From Leucoraja ocellata (taxonomy: Eukaryota), in NCBI GenBank assembly GCA_036785375.1, contig JAWMAR010000026.1:11904001-11968000 (forward strand): a stretch of 64,000 nt of DNA. The letters are read 5' to 3'. Position numbers and translations under genes: made by a program. The first letter of the stretch is position 1, and every line of letters starts with the position of its first letter. This document shows, piece after piece, positions 53,315 to 64,000 of the stretch. The notes under the pieces were generated by a model. It had not been told where the DNA came from. It worked only from the letters and a program-made list of their open reading frames with translations, and did not search any database.

Positions 53315-53686
53315 CCATACAACACGTCCTTACTTAACAGTTGCAAACGCGAATTTCTGCAGACTACTTAGTTGAATATATTGATCAGATCACTAGCCAG
53401 TCGTTGGGAACATTCTCCTGGGTAAAGCATTGTTCAATTTTCCACCTGCCTTCATTTGTAAACAAAGTTCTGGCTAGCTTTCAACTTGGTAGAGCTAAAT
53501 GCAATTCGTCCTCGAGATTGTCTGCTTTAACCTCCCATTTAAACGACGTTTTTTTTAAACAGAATCGCATTTACTTGACAGTGTTTTGCAAGAGTTGTTG
53601 AACAGATTTCGTTCAACGTAATGCAATTGCCCGAAGAAGTGGTTTTATCCAAAGGGGGTGAACAATACCTACTGCATATTCCCCAA
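53315..53686 (+). pseudogene. Decayed partial tandem copy of the IgSF receptor 5' end (promoter, leader, intron, start of V exon)
   Basis: Colinear similarity to ~53910-54238, e.g. acttaacagttg, gggaa..att....ggta.agc.ttgttca, cttgac.gtgttt, gaacagatttc, gccc.aagaagtggtttta..caaagg, ctactgcatattcccca; ATG region deleted, frame broken, truncated. Confidence 0.8.
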
Positions 53687-53981
53687 CGGATCGATTGATT
53701 CTTGCAGCCCTCAATTACAAGATATAAATCATCCTTCACATAATGTAAACCACGCCCTGATAGGACGTAATAAGAAGAATTTTTAAATTATAATTTTCAC
53801 CACTCTGCTATCTGCGGCCGATTTGATTCTAGAAGACATTAGCGAATCCAAGGGATCAAATGATACCTGCAACCCCTATTACAGGATGTGAATCATACTT
53901 CATAGAATGTAAACCACGCCCTCACTTAACAGTTGTCAAAGCAGCTTTCTGTGGACAAATTAGTTGTAGCTGTTGGCCGGA

Positions 53982-54036
53982 ATGGAAATCGGAATAATAT
54001 TTAACTTACTGATCGTCGGTGGGAATATTTACATAG
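53982..54036 (+). CDS. IgSF receptor exon 1, signal peptide
   Basis: [18 protein letters not shown]+G|gtacag; phase 1; 108-nt intron before the V exon. Confidence 0.85.
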
Positions 54037-57000
54037 GTACAGCTTTGTTCATTATTCCATGTGCTTATTTATAAACTAATTGTAAGGTCTATCGTCTTAT
54101 CGTCATCAACTGAATTACCTTTCCTTGACTGTGTTTCCTAACAGGCGGGGAACAGATTTCATACATGGTAGAGCAAGTGCCCAAAGAAGTGGTTTTACTC
54201 AAAGGAGGGAACGTCACATTCTACTGCATATTCCCCATTTCTCAAGACCAATCTTGGGTCAAATGGTGGAAACAGGGCGAGAATGAAAACCAACGTGTAA
54301 GTACCGACGACAGGAAACGTGTTGGCGTGAGAGGTCGAGCAAGCGGGTACTTTGAGTTAAAGAATGCAAAGATCCAAGATTCTGGAGTGTATCGGTGTTC
54401 GGTGACGCGTAAAGGATTGGTTCCAAGAAATTCAACCGGATCACGTCTAATAGTATATGGTAAGCGAAAAATAATTGGAGAAGGAGGTATTTATTATGGA
54501 ATATAATAGGTGGGAATACCGATTCACCATGTCGTTTAATACGTTGTGTGTATATTATGATGAACATAAGGGTGGAATGGTAACAGAAAATAATTGAGGG
54601 GTGAAACATAATGTAATATATATCAAATATAACATGCGGTAAAACCCATTCACTGTGAAGATATATTTTGATACTTTTGTCGATATTATGTTTAATAAAT
54701 ATGTATTATTATTGTATCAAATCTCTGCGTGTAACAGAAAGGTTGAAGCTCCACGCTGCGTTTCTCAATTCACACAATGTTTGACCATCTTCGCTCTTCT
54801 CGTCAACACTGGTTACGTGTCTACAATACTCCAACGCGGTCTGACCATTGCCTTATGAAGCATTACATCCCTGCTTTTTTTTTAAACATTCCAATCCTCT
54901 CTCAATAAATGCTAACGTTTTTAGTTACCGTATGTTGGATTTTAAAGAGGTAGGTAAACATCTGTTATTGTATTGGGAGATTATGATAAAGCAATGTCAG
55001 TAGACAGTAGACAATAGGTGCAGGAGTAGGCCATTCGGCCCTTCGAGCTAGCACCGCCATTCGCTGTGATCATGGCTGATCATACACAACCTGCCATCTC
55101 CCCATATCCCTTGACTCCGCTATCTTTAATAGCTGCATCTAACTGTCGCTTGAAAGCATCCAGAAAATCGGCCTCCACTGTCTTCTGAGGCAGAGAATTC
55201 CACAGATTCACAACTCTGGGTGAAAAAGGTTTTCCTCATCTCCGTTCTAAATGGCCTACGCCTTATTCTTAAAATGTGGCCCCTGGTACTGGACTCCCCC
55301 AACATCGGGACAGGTTTCCTCCCTCTAACATGTCCAATCCCTTAATAGTCTTCTATGTTTCAATAAGATCCACTCACATCCTTCTAAATTTCAGTGTATA
55401 CAAGCCCAGCCACTCCATTCTTTCAACATATGACTGTCCCGCCAGCCCGGGAATTAACGTTCGTCACAAAAATAGTGTCGAAATATTACCAGAGTAAAAC
55501 ACAAATCCTACCACCTATTCACATTACAATAGCAGAAGACAAGGAAATATATGTCTCAAGAACATTCACTTGGAAACGTTTCTTATCATAAACACGGTCT
55601 GAACACATTGCTACTTGGAGTCTCAGAGTTGCACAGCACAGGAACAGCCTTCCGGTCCTCCAAGTCCATCCGACCTATTTTTCCATCTACTCAAATTCAA
55701 TTTACCATCGTTAGGTCCTTATCTACTACGAGTTGCCTATTATAATGTCTGTGAATCCCCAGGGCCTGATGGTCGGCATCCCTGGGTACTTACGGAAGTG
55801 GCTCTAGAAATCGTGGACACATTGGTGATAATTTTACAATGTTCTATAGACTCAGGATCAGTTCCTGTGGATTGGAGGTTAGCAAATGTTATCCCACTTT
55901 TCAAGATAGGCGGGAGAGAGAAAACGGGGAATTATAGACCAGTTAGCCTGACATCGGTGGTGGAGAAGATGCTGGAGTCAAAGATAAAAGATGAGGTAGT
56001 CGCACATTTGGATAACAGGATCAGTTCGAGTGAGCATGGATTTACAAGGGGAAATCATGCTTGACTAATCTTCTGGAATTTTTTGAAGATGTAAGTAGGA
56101 AAATGGACAAGGGAGAGCCAGTGGATGTAGTGTACCTGGACTTTCAGAAAGCATTTGATAAGATCCCACATTGGAGATTAGTGGGCAAAATTAGGGCACA
56201 TGGTATTGGGGGTAGAGTGCTGACATGGATAGAGAAGTGGTTGGCAGACAGGAAACAAAGAGTAGGGATTAACGGGTCCCTTTCAGAATGGCAGGCAGTG
56301 ACTAGTGGGGTACCGCAAGGCACGGTGCTGGGACCACAGCTATTTACAATATACATCAATGACTTGGATGAAGGGATTCAAAGTAACATTAGCAAATTTG
56401 CAGATGACACAAAGCTGGGTGGCAGTGTGAACTATGAGGAGGATGCTATGAGAATGCAATGTGACTTGGACAGGTTGTGGGAGTGGGCAGATGCATGGCA
56501 GATGAAGTTTAATTTGGATAAATGTGAGGTTATCCCCCCCCCCCCCCCCCCCCATCCCCTGCCCCACCTCCCACCCCCTCCAAGGACAACCATGACGGGA
56601 CAATCACAACATTCGTCCAATGTTGAATCCAGAACTGCTGCGAATACTGTAAATGTTGATTTACGCTTTTGGTAAAGTTCTTACATAAGGTACTACCATT
56701 TATATTGTATATCCTCGCCTATGAAGGTACGCCTGAAAGAGTTGATATAGTTCGCAGGATGTAATGTGTTGGTAAAACAACATATTTTCCTCACCATTTT
56801 CTGCGCCCCTGCTCTGCTTCTTCTGCAAAACCGACTTGCTTTCTCACTTGATCATTAAAGTCAAGTCAAGTCAAGTTTCTTTGTCACATACACATACGAG
56901 ATGTGCAGTGAAATGAAAGTGGCAATGCTCGTGGACTTTTGTGCAAAAGACAAACAACCAAACAAACTATAAACACAATCATAACACACATATTCTTTTG

Positions 57001-60000
57001 CATAATAAATAATGGAAGGAAAAACGTTCAGTAGAGTGTGTCCCTGGTGAGATAGGCGTTTACAGTCCGAATGGCCTCTGGGAAGAAACTGCTTCTCAAC
57101 CTCTCCGTTCTCACCGTATGGCAACGGAGGCGTTTGCCTGACCGTTGCAGCTGGAACAGTCCGTTGCAGGGGTGGAAGAGGTCTCTCATGATATTGTTGG
57201 CTCTGGAGTTGCACCTCCTGTTGTATAGTTCCTGCAGGGGGGCAAGTGAAGTTCCCATAGTGCGTTCGGCCGACGCACTACTCTCTGCAGAGCCTTCTTG
57301 TCCTTGGCAGAGCAATTCCCAAACCAGATGGTAATGTTCCCGGACAAGATGCTTTCCACCGCCGCTGCGTAGAAGCACTGGAGGATCCTCGGAGACACTC
57401 TGAATATCCTCAATTGCCTGAGGTGGTAAAGGCGCTGCCTTGCCTTACACACGAGTGCTGATGAGTGTGATGCCCATGTCATATCCTTGGAGATGTGGAC
57501 TCCAAGATATTTAAAACAGTTCACCCTATCCACAGGATCCCCATTTATCCTCAATGGAGTGTACGTCCTCGGATGATGTGCCCTCCTAAAGTCCATGATC
57601 AGCTCCTTCGTTTTTTTGATGTTCAAGAGGAGGCTGTTATCCTGGCACCAGAGTGCTAGATCAGCCACCTCTGCCCGGTAGGCCTTCTGGTCGTTGTCTG
57701 AGATCAGGCCCACCACCACAGTGTCATCAGCAAACTTAATTATTGAGTTGGAGCTGAACCTAGCCACACAGTCATGTGTGTACAGGGAGTACAATAGGGG
57801 GCTGAGGACGCAACCCTGGGGTGATCCTGTGCTCAGGGTGAGGGACTTCGATGTATTCTCTCCCATCTTGACTACCTGGGGCCTGGCGGTGAGAAAGTCC
57901 AGGCCCCAGGCACACAGGGAGGTGTTGAGCCCCAATTCCATTAGCTTCCCAGCCAGTCTGGTGGGGACTATCGTGTTGAAGGCTGAACTGTAGTCTATGA
58001 ACAGCATCCTCACGTAGCCCCCCTTCTGGCTGTCCAGATGGGTGAGAGCTGTGTGCAAGACCTGGGAGACCGCATTGTCTGTGGATCTGTTCGGATGGTA
58101 TGCGAACTGCAACGGGTCCATGTTCCGAGGGAGGAAGGCGCAGGTGTGTTTCTTCACCAGCCTCTCAAAGCATTTCATGACTACCGAGGTAAGGGCCACC
58201 AGACGGTAGTCATTTAGACAGGCTGGGGAGGCCTTTTTTGGTACCGGTACAATGATGGATTTTTTGAAGCAGGCAGGGCCACGGACTTGTCCAGGGAGAG
58301 GTTGAATAATGTAGTGAGCACTGGAGCTAGCTGCGTAGCACAGGACTTGAGTACTCGCCCCCCAGAATACTCATCGTTATCTTTGAGTAAAAAACTCAGA
58401 GAATCCCATCGTGGTAACATATGTCGAGTTGTATTTGATTTATTATTCCAACTCTTAGAAGATAAACCTACATAAATATTTGAATGAAGCGTCATTATCG
58501 CTGAATCGGCAAGACTCGTGAAACACCGACCTGAAAGAGCCATTTGGACCAGGCATGAGCACGTAGTCTAAGTAATATCAAATACATTTTCCAATGCGTC
58601 ATTATTACAACGCACTCGGGGTTAATAATAGCAACCCTTCAACGGCGTAATGTGATTTAATTTTGTTCATGTTCTGTTCCGCAGCAGTTCCAACTCCACT
58701 GAAAATTTTCACCAAGACTCGTGAAAAGAATCCAGCCGCGAGTTGTATTCATGTGTGTGAAACAGCCGCATTCTATCCTGAGAATTTCACGCTTAATTGG
58801 TATAAAAATGGGAACGAAGCAACATCGGAAATAAAGATCGAAACAAAGAAGAATGACGAAGGATTGTATATGGTTTCCAGCTCTTTGATCGCGAGGCCGC
58901 CATTTCAGAGCGATAACAAATATACCTGTTTAATAACTCATGTCTCCCTCAATACTCCAGCCCAGGCTGTCATCGTTGGTTCCGAATGTAGCCAAGGTAC
59001 AATGCCACCAAATCCATCCCCTGTTCAGTTCGTAACAAACCTGTTATCAATTCGTTGTACATTCGTTTTCAATGAAAATGTCTTATTTGCCCTCCAAAAT
59101 AGAAAAACAAATTTAAACATGTTGCCTCTCTATTGGGTAGTGTTGATGTTTCTTTCATGTTGCTTTCAAAAATGTTTCCCAATGCACCGTTGATTCCACA
59201 CTTGGCGGCACAACTGATTTCAGGCGCTTAAGTTTTCCCTCACGCTTCCTCGGTTTTTATCCTGATGCCGAATCCTTTGCTTCGCCGTGATCACTTTCGC
59301 TAAAATCCAACCACCCCTGCTCCCGAAATTCCTCGGTGCGGCATCCACTCCCACTGCCACCGTGACAAATTCAAGTACGGAATTCTAAAAGAAGAGAGGC
59401 TTCAATTGAGGCGTCAATACCGTCGCCAACGGACACGGTATCATTTAGTAAATTGACAGAATAGGGGGAATGTCTTCAATTAGGAGGATTCAGGGAGAGA
59501 AGGGGGCTAGGAAGGGGAGAGGGGTTATGGAGGGAGGGAGTGGCTGTGGGTAGGGGAAAGGAGTGGGAGGGAGAGGTGATGGAGGGAGTGGGGAGGGGAG
59601 GAGGAGGGGAAAGAAGAGGAAGGATGTAGAGGAGGAGGAGGAGGGAATGCTGGGGCAAGAGGGGGAATAGAGGAGGGTAGGGGTAGGACGAGGGATGGCG
59701 AGGCGCAGTTGGGGAGGGTTGCCATGAATCGCGTCATAACGGGGATCCCTGGGGTCACAACGGGAACCCCTCAGCCACTCCTGCGCAGTTTGGGGATATG
59801 GGTCAGTGGCGGGATTTAGCCTTGGACGGGCCTGGTGTAGTCTCCTATAATCGTTGCCCCGGTCAACTTAATACTATGTCCCTATTCTTTGATATTGCTA
59901 TCCATGCAAAAAGATTCTGACTGGCTACACTATCTATGTCTCTCATAATTTTGTATACTTCTAGCAGGTCTCCCTTCAATCTTCCACATGTTTGTTCAAT

Positions 60001-60619
60001 CCCCACTTGCAGCAAATGCCCCTTAATTCAGGCAACCTTTTGTAAACTTCTTCACATCCTTCCTGTAATGAGGCGGCAATAACTGCACGTATTATTACAA
60101 ATGCTTTCTAGCTAAAGCGCCAGGGAGCAGTATCATGACTCCCTGACGGTTCAATGCCGCGGCCAATGAAGGCAAACACGCCACACGCCTTCTTTACCAC
60201 TCTTTCTACTGGTGTTGTCACTTTCAGGAACCTATTGATCACGACCTCAACATTCCTCTGCGGATCAATATTGTAAAGGGCTATTAACCGTATACTTTCC
60301 CATTACATTTAACCATGAAATATATGGATTTACAATTGCATCTGGTGATTGTTAATTTAGATATCGAATTTAGCTATCGATATTATAAGCAATGGTGGGA
60401 ACATTAAATTCACCAGTTTTCCAATTATGTAACACTCTCCCTTCCCCGTATTTCTTTCCTGTGCCCTTCCCCCATCCCGGTACGCACACATTTATTCCGC
60501 TATTCCGCCCTTCTCAATGAATCTCCCCGTTCACTCCGGTGAAGAATAATCTCCGCAGAATGCATTCCCAAGCAGACATCGTTTCTATACTCAGAAATAA
60601 TTAGCACAAATTTCACCAA

Positions 60620-60665
<46 letters not shown>

Positions 60666-61921
60666 ATTAATTTGCTCCTATTATTTCTGCAGTTAATGCT
60701 TTCGCCTTCCACATTAGACATGCTCTGGGCTTTCTGGTGCTCCTGATCCTGATTGGTGCCGTTATTGGGACGCACTGTCAGTTGCTGTTTGATAAAAGGT
60801 ACGTTATATATGGAAAAAATATGTTTGTATAATATTTCATGGAATTAGGAAAGATATTTGCGAAAGTTTGTGTATGGTGCAGAGGATCATAAATATAATT
60901 ATAATTTAAATCTGAAGGACTTGGACTGTGATGTAAATTCTTTGAAATGCCAATATATTCTTGGCAACTTAGCATGAAGAATTATACACAGCGTTGACTG
61001 TAAGAGGAACTGGTTGCAAGTAAATTCACTATAAGCATCGGTGAATGCTCATGTTGTTTATTTTGGTTAAATCCAATGAGCTGGCAAGGAATCCAAGAGC
61101 CGGTAAGATCACGCTCCCTCTCGTGCAACTTTTGTCTTCAATCATTCTTCGCCGGTAATATTCAATATTGAAGAGTGTTGAAGCGCAGATATTTTGTTAA
61201 ATGCAAAGAGTAAAGTTTCATGTTTCTCTAAATTTGCATCCAGACTGATGAAACATGCAAGTTATGCCAAGATGCATATTTTCCAGGAGAAGATGCGAAT
61301 ATCCGTCGTCTTTTCACTTTCAATTTGAAATTATTTCCCGAAGAATAGGCGATAATAGTGTAAAATTACCTGCAAAATCCTTATCAATTGTTTCTATGTT
61401 CCTCAATTGCATTTACACCTAAAATGCAGAGATAAAAAAAACGGCATAAATAAAATAAAACTTGAAAGAAATTCAGGTTCAGCCAGACCCAGATTCCTCC
61501 CCCCCCCCCCCCCCTTGCTCCCTCTCAATCCGGGTTTTCAACCAGCAATGAAAAATGATGACTTCAGTCTCTACAAATTTTACTTCATGCGATGAGTCCA
61601 CTCACTCTTTTTTAAACTTAAAATACTTACGGTTTCAATCCCTTTGGAGTAAATGGGATAAAAGTAAACTTTTGTCTTTACTGAAATCGTACCCATTTAT
61701 AAATGTGATGTTATTTATAACTGTTGAATATATTTCATCCGCCTGAGAAAGTATCCTTAAACTATCTTCTATAGAACAAATGTTTGCATAATTAAATTGT
61801 GCCGATAGTTAGCAAGGTTTTCTCCACCCTCTCTTGTTTGTGCAGGGTCCATGTAAGAAAAAGCCATCAAATAGAGAGTGTTGGAAACCTCAAGCAGGAT
61901 CAACCAAGCGCCACCCAATGA
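53982..61921 (+). CDS. Ig-superfamily type I membrane receptor, leader-VJ-C1-TM-cytoplasmic (non-rearranging antigen-receptor-like; NCR3/SIRP/VJC1-like); exons 53982-54036, 54145-54459, 58685-58996, 60693-60798, 61846-61921 (287 aa)
   Basis: GT..AG introns with phases 1,1,1,2, typical of IgSF genes; continuous 864-nt ORF; V-set and C1-set motifs plus a hydrophobic TM. The last exon is the least certain. Confidence 0.88.
54145..54459 (+). CDS. IgSF receptor exon 2, VJ-type Ig domain
   Basis: aacag|...VEQVP...GGNVTFYC...VKWW...DSGVYRC...[10 protein letters not shown]|gtaagc; B-strand Cys, C-strand Trp, DxGxYxC and a J-like G strand in one exon. Confidence 0.92.
55002..55460 (-). mobile_element. 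CR1 3' end
   Basis: agacaataggtgcaggagtaggccattcggccc terminus, shared with copies at ~27430, 30862, 43153 and 62817. Confidence 0.85.
55750..56533 (+). mobile_element. CR1 RT fragment
   Basis: [40 protein letters not shown]. Confidence 0.9.
56858..58370 (-). mobile_element. Rex1/Babar LINE, 5'-truncated, in IgSF intron 2
   Basis: 337-aa [17 protein letters not shown]...LQFAY...[10 protein letters not shown]...[10 protein letters not shown]...KFADD...YLGV; (CTTGA)n tail. Confidence 0.92.
58685..58996 (+). CDS. IgSF receptor exon 3, C1-set Ig domain
   Basis: [19 protein letters not shown]...GLYMVSSSL...[10 protein letters not shown]; NAGNAG acceptor (58685 or 58688); donor gtacaa. Confidence 0.92.
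59480..59700. repeat. G/A-rich low-complexity tract
   Basis: Nearly pure purine strand with many GGG runs. Confidence 0.9.
59870..60315 (-). mobile_element. Old CR1 fragment in IgSF intron 3
   Basis: Decayed ORF2 3' region (aatgaaggcaaacacgccacacgccttctttaccact; acatccttcctgtaatgaggc). Confidence 0.65.
60621..60663. repeat. (CA)n microsatellite
   Basis: About 21 CA units ending ~30 nt before the TM exon acceptor. Confidence 0.98.
60693..60798 (+). CDS. IgSF receptor exon 4, transmembrane
   Basis: ttctgcag|(V)[34 protein letters not shown]+AG|gtacgt. Confidence 0.88.
61846..61921 (+). CDS. IgSF receptor exon 5, cytoplasmic tail
   Basis: Strong pyrimidine tract ..ctctcttgtttgtgcag|(R)[27 protein letters not shown]; phase-compatible with exon 4. 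Confidence 0.65.
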
Positions 61922-62816
61922 ACCTGGCCACCATTGAAGCCCCAGCCTTCCAGCGAATACTGTATGGTTACCCAAGATTATTGTAATTGTAAGGTGTGCC
62001 TACACAGTAGCCTACAAAACTTAAACATTCATGATTTGAATTTCAGACGAATTAGATATAGGCACTGAAATTCTGGAAAAATAATATGTTCAGTACTGGT
62101 CGACCTACTCACGTCTACATTATTGATTGTGAGTTACTTGTGGGATTAATGATTAAATATTGACGCCTTGCTATGAAATTTAATACATATTTTGTAATAT
62201 GTGTTGTGTTTAACTGATAAAGTAACTTTCCAAACACTTTGAATTACGTTATTATTATCCGTTACATAACTAAAATAGACGTTTTATGGTTACTTCTGAT
62301 CGCATGGTCATTTTCAATGTATTTGTTATTTCCGAAAGAAAAACTATGAGGCGAGGGATTTAGGCCCTATATCGTTCTGTCTCATTTCATTCTGACCTAA
62401 ATACAGACAGTTTTCAGCATACCAAAGACTATAGACACTTAATTTTTCACAGCAACCATCACAACATTTTGTGGAGAGTTTGATCAATTTCCTTTGAAAT
62501 CTATTCTGGCAGAATATTTTTTTAACGCATTTATACTACGACCATTGTTGTCCACAGTGTTCTGCTGTCAAGGTAGGATCATTAGTTTTCAAGCACTTTC
62601 GGGAACCTAATCATTGTAGGAAAATAGCGAAAATATAGTTAATTAACGAGAAAACCGCTGCCACACAATAATTTGAATCTGCATCATGAAATTCCCGGAT
62701 ATCCCATTTCCGCCCAACTTTCCGGTACTTCTAAAAGGCTTTTCCATGAAATTAGCTAGAATGTCTTGCTCCAGTGTTCAGTGGACTCCAGCTCCACCAT
62801 TTTCAACACAGTAAAA

Positions 62817-63155
62817 GTAGACAATAGACGATAGGTGCAGGAGTAGGCCATTCGGCCCTTCGAGCCAGCACCGCCATTCAATGTGATCATGGCTAATCAT
62901 CCCCAATCAGTACCCCGTTCCTGCCTTCTCCCCATATCCCCTGACTCCGCTATTTGTAAGAGTCCTATCTAGCTCTCTCTTGAAAGCATCCAGAGAACCT
63001 GCCTCCACCGCCCTCTGAAGGCAGAGAATTCCACAGACTCACCACTCTCTGGGAGAAAAAGTGTTTCCTCGTCTCCGTTCTAAATGGCTTACTCCTTATT
63101 CTTAAACTATGGCCCCTGGTTCTGGACTCCCCAACATCAGGAACATGTTTCCTGA
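62817..63155 (-). mobile_element. CR1 3' end
   Basis: Same terminal motif and ORF2 C-terminal remnant. Confidence 0.85.
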
Positions 63156-63329
63156 CAGTAGATCATTTGGTTGGGTTCACTCCTCTGGCAACCAGCATAA
63201 TCCCGAATAATCAGTGCCACTTTCCTGCATTATTCTTATTTAATTCAGATACATTAATGCATAACGTGTTGTTCCTGTCTGCAATACACGTGGACACGTG
63301 TACACTAAGATTTCGAAGTCCACATGAAC

Positions 63330-64000
63330 AGAAAATTCCCAATATTATTGATCTTTTATTCCGCTCCTCTCCAACAGTCTTTTACAAAAATGTCTCAAAT
63401 TATTTGGCCTCAGATCTTCTACAAATCATAAACACGTCCCTTCTCTCAGGTGCCTTCCCAAAGGCCATGAAAACTGCAGTCATCAAGCCACTCTAAAAAA
63501 AGGACAATCTAGACACTCACTAATGTGCAAATGCAGGCCCATATCAAACCTTCCCTTTTTAATAAACTCATTGAAAAAGCTGTTTTTCAACAGCTTAACA
63601 ACATCTTGTCCCTAAACAACTACTTTGATGTCTTTCAGTCAGGTTTTCGACTGCACCACAGCACCGAGACTGCTCATGGTAAGGTTTTTAATGACATCCA
63701 CTTATATACAGACAGTGGCAAAATTTCAGTCTTGGTATTACTGGATCGCAGTGCCGCATTTGACACGGTCGACCACACCATATTAACTAGACCGATTGGA
63801 AAACTGGGTTGGACTTTCTGGTACAGAACTTAACTGGTTTTAATCCTACTTAAAGAACAGAGACTACTTTGTGTCTCTAGGTAATTACACATCAGAGTGG
63901 ACAAACATGACGTGTGGAGTTCCCCAGGGCTCCATTCTGGGGCCCCTTCTGATTAACATCTACATGCTCCCACTGATTCAGATTATGGAAAACAACAAAA
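63330..64000 (+). mobile_element. L2-clade LINE RT fragment, running off the window end
   Basis: INTSLLSGAFPKAMKTAVIKPL, FQSGFRLHHSTETA, LLDRSAAFDTVDH, GVPQGSILGP. Confidence 0.88.

Noticed and set aside
62553-62590. CACAGTG heptamer near the Ig-domain gene as an RSS
   Set aside because: No nonamer at 12 or 23 spacing, and it lies downstream of the gene
1-64000. CRISPR arrays, operons or prokaryotic systems
   Set aside because: The sequence is intron-containing vertebrate DNA with no repeat-spacer arrays; most short ORFs in the track are TE fragments or noise

Overview
Vertebrate genomic DNA, inferred from its repeats to be a cartilaginous fish, probably a skate or ray (V-SINE/HE1-type SINEs, CR1 LINEs, Penelope-derived foldbacks). 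Two intact spliced genes were reconstructed by hand on the + strand. (1) A 6-exon rho-class glutathione S-transferase (10304-20828, 226 aa) with a TATA box, GC boxes and ARE motifs upstream. (2) A 5-exon Ig-superfamily receptor (53982-61921, 287 aa) with leader, germline-joined VJ-type domain, C1 domain, Arg-containing transmembrane segment and Tyr-less tail, i.e. a non-rearranging antigen-receptor-like gene. A decayed partial copy lies just upstream, and a candidate alternative last exon encodes a YxxM motif. The rest is dense, often nested transposable elements (CR1, Rex1/Babar, L2, HERO, Vingi, Tc1, hAT, Harbinger-type MITEs, Kolobok-like, SINEs), Penelope-type repeats with minimal hammerhead-ribozyme motifs, a tRNA-Lys pseudogene, a possible decayed spliced gene on the - strand and one 140-nt gap. 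Family names come from motif recognition, not database searches. TE boundaries without a target-site duplication (TSD) are approximate.
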